Shown: positions 10,101 to 19,044, numbered from the stretch's first letter. The stretch: 64,000 bases of DNA from Candidatus Hydrogenedentota bacterium (GCA_963745075.1 CAVUWV010000032.1:1-64000); one strand, 5' to 3'. The notes: generated by a model not told the origin, from the letters alone. Program-made: numbers and translations.

Positions 10101-10801
10101 GACAACGCCGGCAACTCAAAAGGCGGCAGATCGTCCAGGGGTTCACCCTGGAAACCGCCACGGCGCAACCGTTCCAATACCCGCTGGAGCCCTTGCGCAT
10201 CGCTGAGAATCATCCGCAACGCCGGATACTGCAGCCGGATGCGGCGAAGGGCTTCGAGTAATCGCCCCGCCTCTTCCTCCGCCCACTCGCCGATGAGCGT
10301 ATCAAGGAAGACGGGGAGTTCGTCAATCATCAGAACCGGGCAGTCCGCCGGCCCTTTCTCGACGAGAATGCCGCAGGTTTGCTGAAGCACCTGTTCCCAG
10401 TCGTCGCCCCCGGCAAGAGCCATGGTGTCGCCGCCACCGTCCGGTTCCTCGTACGGCCGCTGGGTGAACCAATGGCGTACTGCGGACTCCCACTCGTCGG
10501 AGACGTATCCATGTGCGTGCAGGTGCCGGGTCAGTTCCCATACGAATTCGCGCAGACTGCGGCATTCCGCTGCGTTGAACAGAGTTGGACCCGCCCACTC
10601 CGGGCGCATTGCCAGGGCAAGGTTCAAGAACCAGGTTTTCCCGATCCGCGGCGGCGCCGACAAACGCGCGCTCGCCGACTTTACCTGGACCCATAACGCT
10701 TCGACCTGCTCGTCGCGGCCGATCACTTGGGTCGGCGCCGACGACTCGTCGACCGCTTCCACGCCGGCGCTTAACTTCCTAAATTCATTCGAGGTAGGCA
10801 T
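7184..10801 (-). CDS. Large protein with two P-loop NTPase modules, a winged HTH and TPR repeats (STAND-like)
   Basis: 1205 aa. Walker A/B pair 1 APPRIGKT / LMIDELP; pair 2 GAAGTGKS / VIADDLG; ArsR/MarR-like VTELARYMFLTPQAVSRQLQELLRGGFV; C-terminal TPR-like repeats. Confidence 0.75.
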   Translation of the reverse strand: MPTSNEFRKLSAGVEAVDESSAPTQVIGRDEQVEALWVQVKSASARLSAPPRIGKTWFLNLALAMRPEWAGPTLFNAAECRSLREFVWELTRHLHAHGYVSDEWESAVRHWFTQRPYEEPDGGGDTMALAGGDDWEQVLQQTCGILVEKGPADCPVLMIDELPVFLDTLIGEWAEEEAGRLLEALRRIRLQYPALRMILSDAQGLQRVLERLRRGGFQGEPLDDLPPFELPALSAPDARYLAGCLLLGEQVPCSDIHAVAQAVAEACSNVPLAIRNTVYWMARFQDRTWTPETVSVLPTTQDMDGDERAEPSILEESLSLFDSEEVVQRRPSAERSAARSGDRIANGGFSALFPFSLDSLADNTALDTGGNSESARTESQTRSVVTGPLAEGNPRNYLDPAGRSFDWLDSTLSPPHRKLVTDIRTDLARGVQSGNARHVLVTGAAGTGKSHTLAMLAKGLAKGLGLSGRPRTVVYLPSAEPAAESPFDLLLACMRANGESNERLRERLECVESEKRFDALKTAFHERFSDQLTFVIADDLGAVFRTWNKTSLDNLRRFLEHETYVTLMGAPGSERPDSVRLHGWLKDRFRVYPMPELDGDAVGELLCSFASARGDRILAGAIREPRHRHVVRSIHAVSGGNCRILASLDRCLSEKGFRALEEPVTQMTRGELAPIYERRIGECAPQQSKILQALAEHQGRAVNVTELARYMFLTPQAVSRQLQELLRGGFVARTQVGRETCYELNDPLIRFVLDFKHGRDNTLPLLVRGIRRWCAVDRLYRCENEGFPLAEAFRYDAFVEVTHEATPTLEAPAAYIALDPEANPYVEKQACREVTRCLAIDCATELNPELEPQIEKLIGATDKSFATVLGAAKLGSRDRHAASLSELDEWLQSEDAGKAPFDIQVQAQAMRVFALIALGRFGDALSTAESALQQQGGTSDAAQECMAITGINKGIALLKLERFEDAAAQFDTFVEQTDTVAFPEMVAAALLNRAAALDRVGRYAEAMAALDLVTEQYGRAVRCGERESAADAQVFKATLLERLGQHDDALAACTRALGIRPGHPRALMTHALLLCRAGDEPAILKAVESLLNATQTGATERVLLAAGLFDRMAGMESTVQVAAAVFGRDRSTLLYGLIYWVRGRMSMSPPEAQRMERRLHTLRPIFDDDAEAGLVMTIADVLARTAQGDARAMLDLPIELRRLVS

Positions 10802-11097
10802 CGTGTTCTTTCCCCGCAGTCAGCCCAAGAATTCGCCCAGAGAAAGACTTCAAATGACCCGAGGTATGCTGCGCAAGCCCCTGCAAAACCTCAGATTGCC
10901 CCCTTTGAGGCGCGGCATGGTACCAACCGTCCAGGCATTCGTCAAGGATAAAACGAGGGGTGTTTCGCTGCGATAGGGCACAAAATAGCTGACAAAGTTA
11001 ACCGGAGAATACTACCGATTGTGGCATCGAACGACGGCCATGGCCGCCGGAAAAAGGAAGGCCGGTGGACTCCACGGACCCGTGCGAGCAACTCGAT

Positions 11098-11682
11098 TCA
11101 ATAGAACCACTCCGTGCCCGCGGGGCTGGGCTCCCATTGCGCGAAGTAGTCTACCAACTCGACGGGCTCCTCGATGAACCGGTACAACCTCCGGGAGATG
11201 GGCTTGGCAAAATGGTGTTCATACATGTGCTCGAAGAACGCGCGTAAGTGAGAGTAATACCCGGCCGAATTCAGGAAGACAAGCGGCTTGTCATGAAAAC
11301 CGAGCTGCTTGAGCGTGAGCACTTCAATCATTTCTTCGAGGGTTCCGTATCCGCCGGGCAACGCGACAAACGCATCGGCGTAAGACTCCATGATGGCCTT
11401 GCGCTCCCGCAGGTCTTTCGTGACGATGAGCTCGTCGGCTTCGGTGTATGCGCGTTCGAGGTCGCGCAACGCCTCGGGGATAACCCCGATCACCATGCCG
11501 CCACCTTCATGAACGGAACGGGCCAGTTCTCCCATGAGTCCGCAGTTCCCGCCGCCGTAGACGAGGCACCAACCTTGCGCCGCGAACAGGGCGCCAACCG
11601 CGCGCGCCGCGTCGAGGAACTCCTGCGCGACGGCGTTGCTGGAAGAACAAAAGACACAGATTCGTTGAACTGCGATTGCCAC
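11098..11682 (-). CDS. LOG family nucleotide 5'-monophosphate phosphoribohydrolase (TIGR00730-like)
   Basis: ICVFCSSS, YGGGNCGLMG, RERK and PGGYGTLEE motifs. Confidence 0.9.
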   Translation of the reverse strand: MAIAVQRICVFCSSSNAVAQEFLDAARAVGALFAAQGWCLVYGGGNCGLMGELARSVHEGGGMVIGVIPEALRDLERAYTEADELIVTKDLRERKAIMESYADAFVALPGGYGTLEEMIEVLTLKQLGFHDKPLVFLNSAGYYSHLRAFFEHMYEHHFAKPISRRLYRFIEEPVELVDYFAQWEPSPAGTEWFY

Positions 11683-11709
11683 GATACCGATATCCTCTTC
11701 ACTTGGCGG

Positions 11710-12669
11710 TCAAGGCGTCAGAAGCTTTTCAAATTCCTTAACCGTTACCCGGCGCTCCGATTGTATCCGCCGACGCGCCCGCAGGCACGACGGCAACGCC
11801 GCCCAGATCGAGAGCCACGCCACGCACCAGATGCCCAACGCGCGGACCATTCCGAATTCTGCGCGGGCGGACGATAGCGCCCGGCAAGTTTGGTGTACGC
11901 GTTCCCCCAGAATGGCAAGCCCGTGCCGCACGAGCAACGGAAACGGGTAGTTTCGCAACACCAGCAACGCATGATTCCGATAGCATTGGCGCGAACGCCA
12001 CCACGTCTTGCCGCTCAAACTCGCGGAACCGACGTGATACGCGACCGCCTCGCCAACGAACGCCGCGTCCAACCCCGCCAATCGCGCGCGCAAGTTCAGG
12101 TCGCTATCTTCAAAGTATGCGATGAACCCTTCTTCAAGCAGTCCTATCCGATCGAATACTTGGCGGCGGTACATCCCGGCTCCCCCGGACACCCCGACTA
12201 TGCACACCGGCACTTCAAAACCTTCGCGTTTGCATCGAAACCCAATGCTCTCCGGGCGGCCGTTGACCCGCTGCCGGTCGCCCGCCGAATAGACGATGTC
12301 AGGTTCGTCGTGAAACAACACGAGCGGCGCAAACAGGGCGGCGTCGCTTTCCTCCGCTGCCTCGACCAATCGTTCCAGACAATCCCCGGCCAAGGTCATG
12401 TCGTTATTGAGCAGGAAGATTAGATCGCCCGTCGCCACGCGGATTCCCGCATTGACGGCAACACAAAAGCCGGCGTTTCGTTCCAGCCGGACAACACGCA
12501 CGTCGGGATCTTCACGCGCGACAAAGGCCACTGTGTCATCCGTCGACCCGTCGTCCACCACAACAATCTCATCCGCGCACCGGGATTGTTGTTTCAACGA
12601 AGCCAGGCAATCCGCAATCAGATCGCGCCGGTTATAGGTCGGGATCACGATGGAAAGTTTCGCGCTCAT
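11710..12669 (-). CDS. Glycosyltransferase family 2
   Basis: SIVIPTYN, VVDDGSTD, LLNND and YFEDSDL motifs. Confidence 0.9.
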   Translation of the reverse strand: MSAKLSIVIPTYNRRDLIADCLASLKQQSRCADEIVVVDDGSTDDTVAFVAREDPDVRVVRLERNAGFCVAVNAGIRVATGDLIFLLNNDMTLAGDCLERLVEAAEESDAALFAPLVLFHDEPDIVYSAGDRQRVNGRPESIGFRCKREGFEVPVCIVGVSGGAGMYRRQVFDRIGLLEEGFIAYFEDSDLNLRARLAGLDAAFVGEAVAYHVGSASLSGKTWWRSRQCYRNHALLVLRNYPFPLLVRHGLAILGERVHQTCRALSSARAEFGMVRALGIWCVAWLSIWAALPSCLRARRRIQSERRVTVKEFEKLLTP

Positions 12670-13418
12670 GACTTAGGCTCGACCCAAATCAGGGCGCGGT
12701 AGCAGGTCCCAAAGTGCATCCGGCACAGCAGCGGCGTCGCCCAACGAAGCAGTACCTGAAACACGGCGTTGCCCCGTCCCGGCCAGCCGCACATGAGGAT
12801 TCGCCACATGAGCGTCCACATCCGCAGGTTGGCGTTTTTTCCGACTTCGGTAGCCCGTGTGCCGCCCGACTCGATTTCGAACGCATGCGCGATGACATCA
12901 GCCTGGGGCAGGGGGTGTTTCGTATGTTCGTCCAACCATTTCAGCGTGCGCCCGCAAAAACGGTGGTGGGCCGTGCGGATTCGCGCCTCGGCTTCTGCGG
13001 ACGCCTCGCCGGACGGAAAACCGACCACCGCGGTTCCAGCGTTTCCGGTCACGCGAACGATCTCGGTCACCGCGCGTTTCCGATGGTCTTCGCCGATATG
13101 TTCAAAGGTATCCATGCACACACAGACTGCAAACGATGCGTCCCGAAAGGGCAACTCGGCCACGTCGGCGACGACGGGTAAGACGTTCTGCGCAGTCCGG
13201 GCTGCCGTCAGATGGGCCGGAACAATATCGACGCTGATCGCCCGCACCTTTGCAAAGCGTGACAGCCCGTTTTCGTTCGCGCCAATTTCGAGAACGCGCG
13301 TATCGTTCCGCAACTTTGAACGGAGCCGTTTCACCATCGGCACGTAGCGCACCGCCCAGTCGGGATACCCCCGGCCGTCTTTTTCAGCGTACGCGCGAAG
13401 TCGATCCCCGATGCCCAA
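12666..13418 (-). CDS. Class I SAM-dependent methyltransferase
   Basis: VLEIGA, LPFRDASF and DTFEH motifs; stop overlaps the GT2 start (ATGA); TTG start is uncertain. Confidence 0.8.
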   Translation of the reverse strand: MGIGDRLRAYAEKDGRGYPDWAVRYVPMVKRLRSKLRNDTRVLEIGANENGLSRFAKVRAISVDIVPAHLTAARTAQNVLPVVADVAELPFRDASFAVCVCMDTFEHIGEDHRKRAVTEIVRVTGNAGTAVVGFPSGEASAEAEARIRTAHHRFCGRTLKWLDEHTKHPLPQADVIAHAFEIESGGTRATEVGKNANLRMWTLMWRILMCGWPGRGNAVFQVLLRWATPLLCRMHFGTCYRALIWVEPKS

Positions 13419-13424
13419 ATCGAT

Positions 13425-15236
13425 TCAGTGCTCCCGTTCGCCGTCCAAGTGAATCCGGTAAATCTCAACGTCTTCCGTGCCCGGCTGACGCGGCCGTTCA
13501 AGGCCAAACTGGGCGATCAATTCAAAATGCCGGGTATCGGCACGCCAGGCATTCAGCACGTTCATTACGCCGGTCTCCCGAAAGGCCGGAGACTCCCGCA
13601 CGTACGCGTCGGGATAGAAGAGGTATCGAATATGGTGGGCGCGCAACCATGCGAGGCGTTCGGACGCATTCATCGCGACCAACGGTTTCAATGCTTCGAA
13701 ATTCACAAACGTGGGGTGATGGAAATAATAGCCGCGCGGATCGAGCGTCAAAATGACGCCGTCATCATCGAGATGCGCGTTCACCCACGCAAAGGCCGGA
13801 TAGCGTTCGACGCGCCGGACGAGAAACTCGCTGCGCGATTGCAGCCCGACAGCCGCGGGAAAGCGAATCGCCGTCATGGCCGCGCCGGGTGCAAGGCCCA
13901 ACGCAAACCCTGCAAATAGCGCGGCAACGACGAGCGCGCGCAATCGTTGCGCACGACAAACCGCAACCGCCGCAACTACGGCCATGGGCGCGAAGAAGGG
14001 CAACAGATACCGTGAAAACCGGCGGAACAAGAACATGGCGCCGATGCCAATGCCGCTGAATAGTCCCAACCGGCGCGCTTCCCTGCCGCCGAAGAACAAT
14101 CCAGGGATGCCCAGCACGAGCACGAGAATCCCCGGCGACGTCATCCAACCCCCGTACTGTCGCGGCTCCAAAATGACCTTGAAGGGAAACAGCAGAAAGT
14201 CGAGCACCCCCTTCCTTTGAATGGACGAATGCGTCAGCACCGACGCGGCATCCACATCGGGCATGGGCGCCGGACCAAAGTACGTCGCAAAGAAGGGGTA
14301 AAATGGGTTGCCCACCACGGCGGCACTGCGCATCAACCACGGCAAGGCCGCCACCGCCGTCGCAAGTCCAAATATAAGAACACTGCGGATTCGTTGCGGC
14401 TTTCCGTCCATGAACACGACCAACACCAGGATCGCCGCCACGAGATAAGCGGTGTGCCGAATTCCGCAACCCATACCCGTCACGACACCAGCAAGAACAA
14501 GCCAGCGGCTGTCGCGGTTTTTTCGCCACGCCGTCAACGCAGCCAGCGCGGCGAGCACCGTCGCCGTAAACGCGAGGTCGATGGATGGCGCGCCCACCTG
14601 GTCGACAAAGATTGGCGCGGTCGCCAATACCGCCGCGGCCACGATTCCGCATTTCCGGCCCTCAATCCACGCGCCAAGAACGTAGGCCATGCCACACGCC
14701 AAGACACCGAAGACCCAACTTACCAGCGACGCGGAGCGTTCACCGCTGCAATACGCGATCGTATACAGCGCGTGCATAAGGTGAGGGTAGCCGGAGTAAT
14801 TGTTGCCATCGATCAAGCCGATCCGGCCGTTGCGTACGTAGTCCGCCGGCAAGGCAATGTGTGCGACGCCTGCGTCCCAGCCGGTTACCGGCGCCAGCGC
14901 GCAAACCAACCCGAACACCAGCCCCGCGCTTATGGCCGCAAGCGATCCCCACTCCGTCCAGTCGAAAGGTTTGCGCTTGTCTATGACATGTGATCGAGGT
15001 CGGGCCTTTCGCAGGTCGCGGCCCAACAGGGCAGCACCACCGATGGCGGCAAATGCCACAACCCACCATGCCGCAGCCAACGAAAGACTGCCAACGATCA
15101 GGACGATGAGCGCCGACGCCCCGCACCCCAGCAGCATCCGGTACATTACCGTTTCGATGGCCTGGGCTCTGGGCGTGAACGTCACAACCCAGATGCCCAG
15201 CCCGTATGCCGCGAATAGAAGGAAGACAAACGTCAT
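13425..15236 (-). CDS. GT-C fold membrane glycosyltransferase (GT39/ArnT-like)
   Basis: 603 aa, polytopic; WDAGVAH, GNPFYPF and RYLLP motifs; C-terminal soluble domain. Confidence 0.7.
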   Translation of the reverse strand: MTFVFLLFAAYGLGIWVVTFTPRAQAIETVMYRMLLGCGASALIVLIVGSLSLAAAWWVVAFAAIGGAALLGRDLRKARPRSHVIDKRKPFDWTEWGSLAAISAGLVFGLVCALAPVTGWDAGVAHIALPADYVRNGRIGLIDGNNYSGYPHLMHALYTIAYCSGERSASLVSWVFGVLACGMAYVLGAWIEGRKCGIVAAAVLATAPIFVDQVGAPSIDLAFTATVLAALAALTAWRKNRDSRWLVLAGVVTGMGCGIRHTAYLVAAILVLVVFMDGKPQRIRSVLIFGLATAVAALPWLMRSAAVVGNPFYPFFATYFGPAPMPDVDAASVLTHSSIQRKGVLDFLLFPFKVILEPRQYGGWMTSPGILVLVLGIPGLFFGGREARRLGLFSGIGIGAMFLFRRFSRYLLPFFAPMAVVAAVAVCRAQRLRALVVAALFAGFALGLAPGAAMTAIRFPAAVGLQSRSEFLVRRVERYPAFAWVNAHLDDDGVILTLDPRGYYFHHPTFVNFEALKPLVAMNASERLAWLRAHHIRYLFYPDAYVRESPAFRETGVMNVLNAWRADTRHFELIAQFGLERPRQPGTEDVEIYRIHLDGEREH

Positions 15237-15369
15237 GGATCGCGTGGAAATCCCCAGTTACCCTCGGTTACTCGCAGACGATACCACGAAAATCTTCCGA
15301 AAGAACAGGGAAACCGACCCTTCCACCGAACGACCGAGTAAAGCAACAGCAGGAAGTACGCGTCGAGAT

Positions 15370-16227
15370 TCAGAAGTTCTCCAGTTCCGCCAACGCATCC
15401 AGAAACCACTGTTGCGCAGGAAACTGGCCATCCCGGAGAAACGTGACGTGCCCGTCCATATAGAGCACGTTGATGCCACCTGGAATATGCTGCGACAGTT
15501 CCCGGTCGAACGCGACCGGAATCTGAGATTCGCTGACCGGCAAATCGCGTTCGATACCCTCTCTGATCCGCACAATCGCATTCGATCCGCCCGTCCCGCT
15601 GCCGGGCGTAACTTCCAGATCCTGGTCGAAGGAACCGCCGGATGCCTCCCGTTCGCGGTACGCGTCGATGAACGCGCGCGCCTCGGTTTCGTTGGTCACG
15701 GCATACCCGAGGTAGAAGTAACTCTCGTCGCCGATCAACACGTGCGGATCGGTCGAATCGGGAACCGTGGGATCGCTGGGACACACGAAAATAGCCGGGT
15801 CGGTCAAGAATTCGGGATAGATCGTATCCGGCGTGGGACAAAAGTCTCCCGGGACATTGGACAGCGGTGGGTACTCCCCGTCGTGTTCGCCAGCCCACAT
15901 TTTGTAGACGATCCCCATTTGTTTGAGGTTATTCATGCAACTTGCGCGCCGCGCCGCCTCGCGGGCACGGGCCAAGGCCGGCAACATGATCGCCGCGAGG
16001 ATACCGATCGCGAAAACCATAAAGATTGCCACCGCCGCGCCAATGATTCCAGCAATGAGACAACTGTTGCTGGAATTGGACGACTGCCTTCGGCCCGGGA
16101 GCGGCGCGCCAACTCGAGGCGGCGGCTGCATCGGGGGTGGTCCGGATTGGCCGCTGTCCGCCAGCATCGGGATCGTTCGACAGGTCATCTTCGCTGAATG
16201 TTCGACACCCATTCGTTGCCCCTCCAT
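15370..16227 (-). CDS. DUF1559 / H-X9-DG domain protein lacking the prepilin cleavage motif
   Basis: [28 protein letters not shown] and HIPGGINVLYMDGHV; Pro-rich N-terminus. Confidence 0.85.
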   Translation of the reverse strand: MEGQRMGVEHSAKMTCRTIPMLADSGQSGPPPMQPPPRVGAPLPGRRQSSNSSNSCLIAGIIGAAVAIFMVFAIGILAAIMLPALARAREAARRASCMNNLKQMGIVYKMWAGEHDGEYPPLSNVPGDFCPTPDTIYPEFLTDPAIFVCPSDPTVPDSTDPHVLIGDESYFYLGYAVTNETEARAFIDAYREREASGGSFDQDLEVTPGSGTGGSNAIVRIREGIERDLPVSESQIPVAFDRELSQHIPGGINVLYMDGHVTFLRDGQFPAQQWFLDALAELENF

Positions 16228-16328
16228 TTGACGTGAGCTTCCCCCTCGTGCTGTACACGCACCCCATCATAGCATAGCGATGGCCTTTGTAGGATGGCTG
16301 AAACGACACTTCGCCGGATCCTAAGAAC

Positions 16329-16363
16329 GGGGCCGCCACTCGCGTGATGCCGGCGACGGCCCC
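16329..16363 (-). terminator. GC-rich hairpin downstream of the prepilin gene, possible terminator
   Basis: GGGGCCG...CGGCCCC stem followed on the minus strand by GTTCTT; the U tract is weak. Confidence 0.35.
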
Positions 16364-16385
16364 AGAGAAAAGGGTACAGCGAGAA

Positions 16386-17282
16386 TTAGAATCCGTCAAA
16401 GGGCCGATTGTAACGGCCGAAAATGCGGGCACTGTCCACCGTCATGGGAAATTCGGTCGACGGATATTTCAGGAACCGGACGTGCCCGTCCAAATACAAG
16501 ACGTTCGAACCGCCCGGGATATGTGCAAAGTCCTCTGTATTCGTCGAGATATGGTCCCAGACAATGGGAATCGCACTCGTGCTCTTGGCCGAGCCCGCCG
16601 GGTTGTTGATGTCGGTTATGAGATATCGTTCGATCCCCTGACGCAGACGCAGAATCGTGTCACCACCGCCGGCCTGGGTACCCGCGTAGGTGGACGAGAC
16701 CTGGAAGTCCTGGTCGCTGGCTTCTCCACCCGTATCAAAATTCTCCTGGGCGAGTTCGCCCCACGGCGTGTTCATATACTCCGCCTCCGAGAACCGTCCC
16801 CCCGCATCGGAACCTACGGTGCCGACCAACGGTCCCAGGATGTTCATGTCTTCCGTAATCAGCCACCCGGTGTAATCGTAGGGCTCTTTCGTCCACTCAC
16901 AGGGCTGGACAATTCCGTCGTTATTCCCCTTCGCTTTGTCGTAGCGCGCCAACGCGTCCGGCTGGGGACCCCACGAAGGGCACCACACCACATTCACGTC
17001 CGTCAAGTACTCGGGGTACAGGGCCGGCCCGCTGAAGATCATCTCGTTGCCGAGACTGCCGTCGCAGCGATAGGTCTGCCGGGACGGGAGCTTTTGCCCC
17101 GGACTTTCATTCGAGTACATGGTGAGTACCAATCCGATTTGCTTCAGATTATTCTGACATCTGGCCCTTCGTGCCGCTTCCCTCGCGCGGGCCAAAGCCG
17201 GGAGCAAGATAGCGGCGAGAATACCGATGATGGCGATTACAACCAGCAGTTCGATGAGGGTGAATCCGCGAGTGGGTTTCAT
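16386..17282 (-). CDS. Prepilin-type N-terminal cleavage/methylation protein with DUF1559 and H-X9-DG domains
   Basis: [33 protein letters not shown] and [15 protein letters not shown]. Confidence 0.92.
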   Translation of the reverse strand: MKPTRGFTLIELLVVIAIIGILAAILLPALARAREAARRARCQNNLKQIGLVLTMYSNESPGQKLPSRQTYRCDGSLGNEMIFSGPALYPEYLTDVNVVWCPSWGPQPDALARYDKAKGNNDGIVQPCEWTKEPYDYTGWLITEDMNILGPLVGTVGSDAGGRFSEAEYMNTPWGELAQENFDTGGEASDQDFQVSSTYAGTQAGGGDTILRLRQGIERYLITDINNPAGSAKSTSAIPIVWDHISTNTEDFAHIPGGSNVLYLDGHVRFLKYPSTEFPMTVDSARIFGRYNRPFDGF

Positions 17283-17339
17283 AGATCACAATCCTTTCTT
17301 CACATCCCCTGTTGAGGCCGCTTCCGCGGCCTAAATTTC

Positions 17340-17402
17340 ATAGAACATATGTTCTATATACTGAACAAAAGGATTGTTACATATAAATTGGTTCTGTGTC
17401 AA
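17340..17402 (-). promoter_or_regulatory. Sigma70-like promoter with a downstream 18-bp palindromic operator
   Basis: Minus strand TTGACA (17402-17397), N18 with TG extension, then AACAAT (17378-17373); ATAGAACATATGTTCTAT at 17340-17357; AT-rich context. Confidence 0.6.
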
Positions 17403-17512
17403 TAAAGCATGTTCTTTCAACAAAAGAAGGATCCTGCCCCAATCACCACTGCATAAGGTAAGTCGATTAAGCAACTTGGAAAGATTTTTGGCAGACGTGC
17501 CCCTGCGGAAAT

Positions 17513-18502
17513 CTACGTGCCGAGGAGGCCGAGGATCCCCATGAGCATGACATACAGGAAGAACTTGAGAACCCGGGCCATGATGAAGGAAGCCGGAAAC
17601 CGGAACAGGTCGCCCCATTCGAATCCGTACACCGTAAAGATCAGGATCGCCACAAACATCCAACGAGCCAATACCAAAAACCAGAACGTGAACGGAATGA
17701 ACCAAAGGAATCCGATTCCGAGGGCAACCGGCGTCAGAGCAATCAGGTTAAACGTAAGCGTCTCGTTGGGAAGCCGATTTGCCCAGGCGAGAAAGATGTA
17801 CAACCCAATGTACGCACCCACAAAACTAGTGATGCCTTGGATGATAAAGTACGCCACACCGGTGGTATGGGAAATCGTCGGCGCCGTGCCGTTCTCGACG
17901 GCCGTGCCGGAACTTGGACTTGGCTCGGGGGCGCCGAACCCGGAGAAGAGAAAAACCAGCGCGGCAAGCACGACAACCGCCACACCGCTGTACAAGGCCA
18001 CCTTGTGCATCGTCTCGTCGGAAGGCCAGTTCTTTTCCAGCCACGAACGATCGTCTTCGCTCGTTTCGATGGTTGGCGCGGGGATCGGATCTGCATTCTG
18101 CTCGAGACGCAGCGTATCGATGGGAGCCACGTACCCCGACGACGGATTGGTAGGGTCTGTTTGCTGCACGAGATTCACGCAGATGTTGCAGAGCACACCT
18201 TGCAACGTCTCATGCCGGTCCCATTCCCCCCGGAATTCCCGCCCGCACCGCTCGCACTGGTTCTTGCCGAGGCGCGGTTCTTCCGGCTGTGCCCCCTCAT
18301 CAAAGAGCGAGGCATCGCCCTTGGCCGCCTCCTCCGAAACGGGCACCGCCATCGGAGCCTCCTCCGAATCCAGAGGCCGACTGTTCTTCCAGTTCACATT
18401 CAACGGCTTGCCACACTTCGGGCACGTCGTCCGCATCCCCACCGCGAACTCCGACATCACCATCTCGTTGCCACACGGGCAACTTACCCGAATATCAACC
18501 AC
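17513..18502 (-). CDS. Membrane protein with N-terminal Cys-rich zinc ribbons
   Basis: GAGG RBS before the GTG at 18502; CPCG...CPKC and CERC...CNIC pairs; about 5 C-terminal TM helices. Confidence 0.65.
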   Translation of the reverse strand: MVDIRVSCPCGNEMVMSEFAVGMRTTCPKCGKPLNVNWKNSRPLDSEEAPMAVPVSEEAAKGDASLFDEGAQPEEPRLGKNQCERCGREFRGEWDRHETLQGVLCNICVNLVQQTDPTNPSSGYVAPIDTLRLEQNADPIPAPTIETSEDDRSWLEKNWPSDETMHKVALYSGVAVVVLAALVFLFSGFGAPEPSPSSGTAVENGTAPTISHTTGVAYFIIQGITSFVGAYIGLYIFLAWANRLPNETLTFNLIALTPVALGIGFLWFIPFTFWFLVLARWMFVAILIFTVYGFEWGDLFRFPASFIMARVLKFFLYVMLMGILGLLGT

Positions 18503-18671
18503 GGTTACGCCCTCGCTGCTGCGCCTGAGTCTAGCCCTTGAAATGATTGTAAGTACGCCGGAGGACATGTTCAATTGGGCCGTGTAGGATGTGTACATCC
18601 TGACCCTGCTATGATTATAGGCAGTCTTGGGGAGCAACAACGCGCGCATCTGTTCACAATGTAATGGTTCC

Positions 18672-18887
18672 ATGGCGAAACCGCGGTTCCGCGCAATACT
18701 CCGCGAGGGCTTTTTCAGCGGTGCGTTCTTTGCCGGGTGCGTGGCGGTCGTGTATGTGCCGGCGATCATTCGGATTGCGGGCGGCGAACTGCCCGGTATG
18801 TTCGACTCGTACCGGCATTTCACGCCGCACGCGTATCTCGAGACGTTGCGCAGGCCGAGAGAAGCCCGCCATGGTGGAACCCATTGA
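18672..18887 (+). CDS. Putative small single-TM protein (71 aa)
   Basis: Sits in an otherwise empty ~540-bp gap; basic N-terminus then a hydrophobic helix (FFSGAFFAGCVAVVYVPAII). Confidence 0.35.
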   Translation: MAKPRFRAILREGFFSGAFFAGCVAVVYVPAIIRIAGGELPGMFDSYRHFTPHAYLETLRRPREARHGGTH

Positions 18888-19044
18888 GCTTTTGCGGGAT
18901 GCCATTGGCCGCGAAGGCGCAAGCGGCCGTGTTCTACGCGCTGGGCCCAGGCCTATCATTTGCGTCTCCTTGCTATGGTCGCAGCGAATCCGTCAAAGTC
19001 GGGTTCAGCCCATTTCATAGGCAGCCGCGACTCGGGAGAAACCT

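Noticed and set aside
18503..18922. N-terminal 140 aa of the 469-aa ORF
   Set aside because: It does not look protein-like, and an RBS plus GTG at 18502 is a better start.
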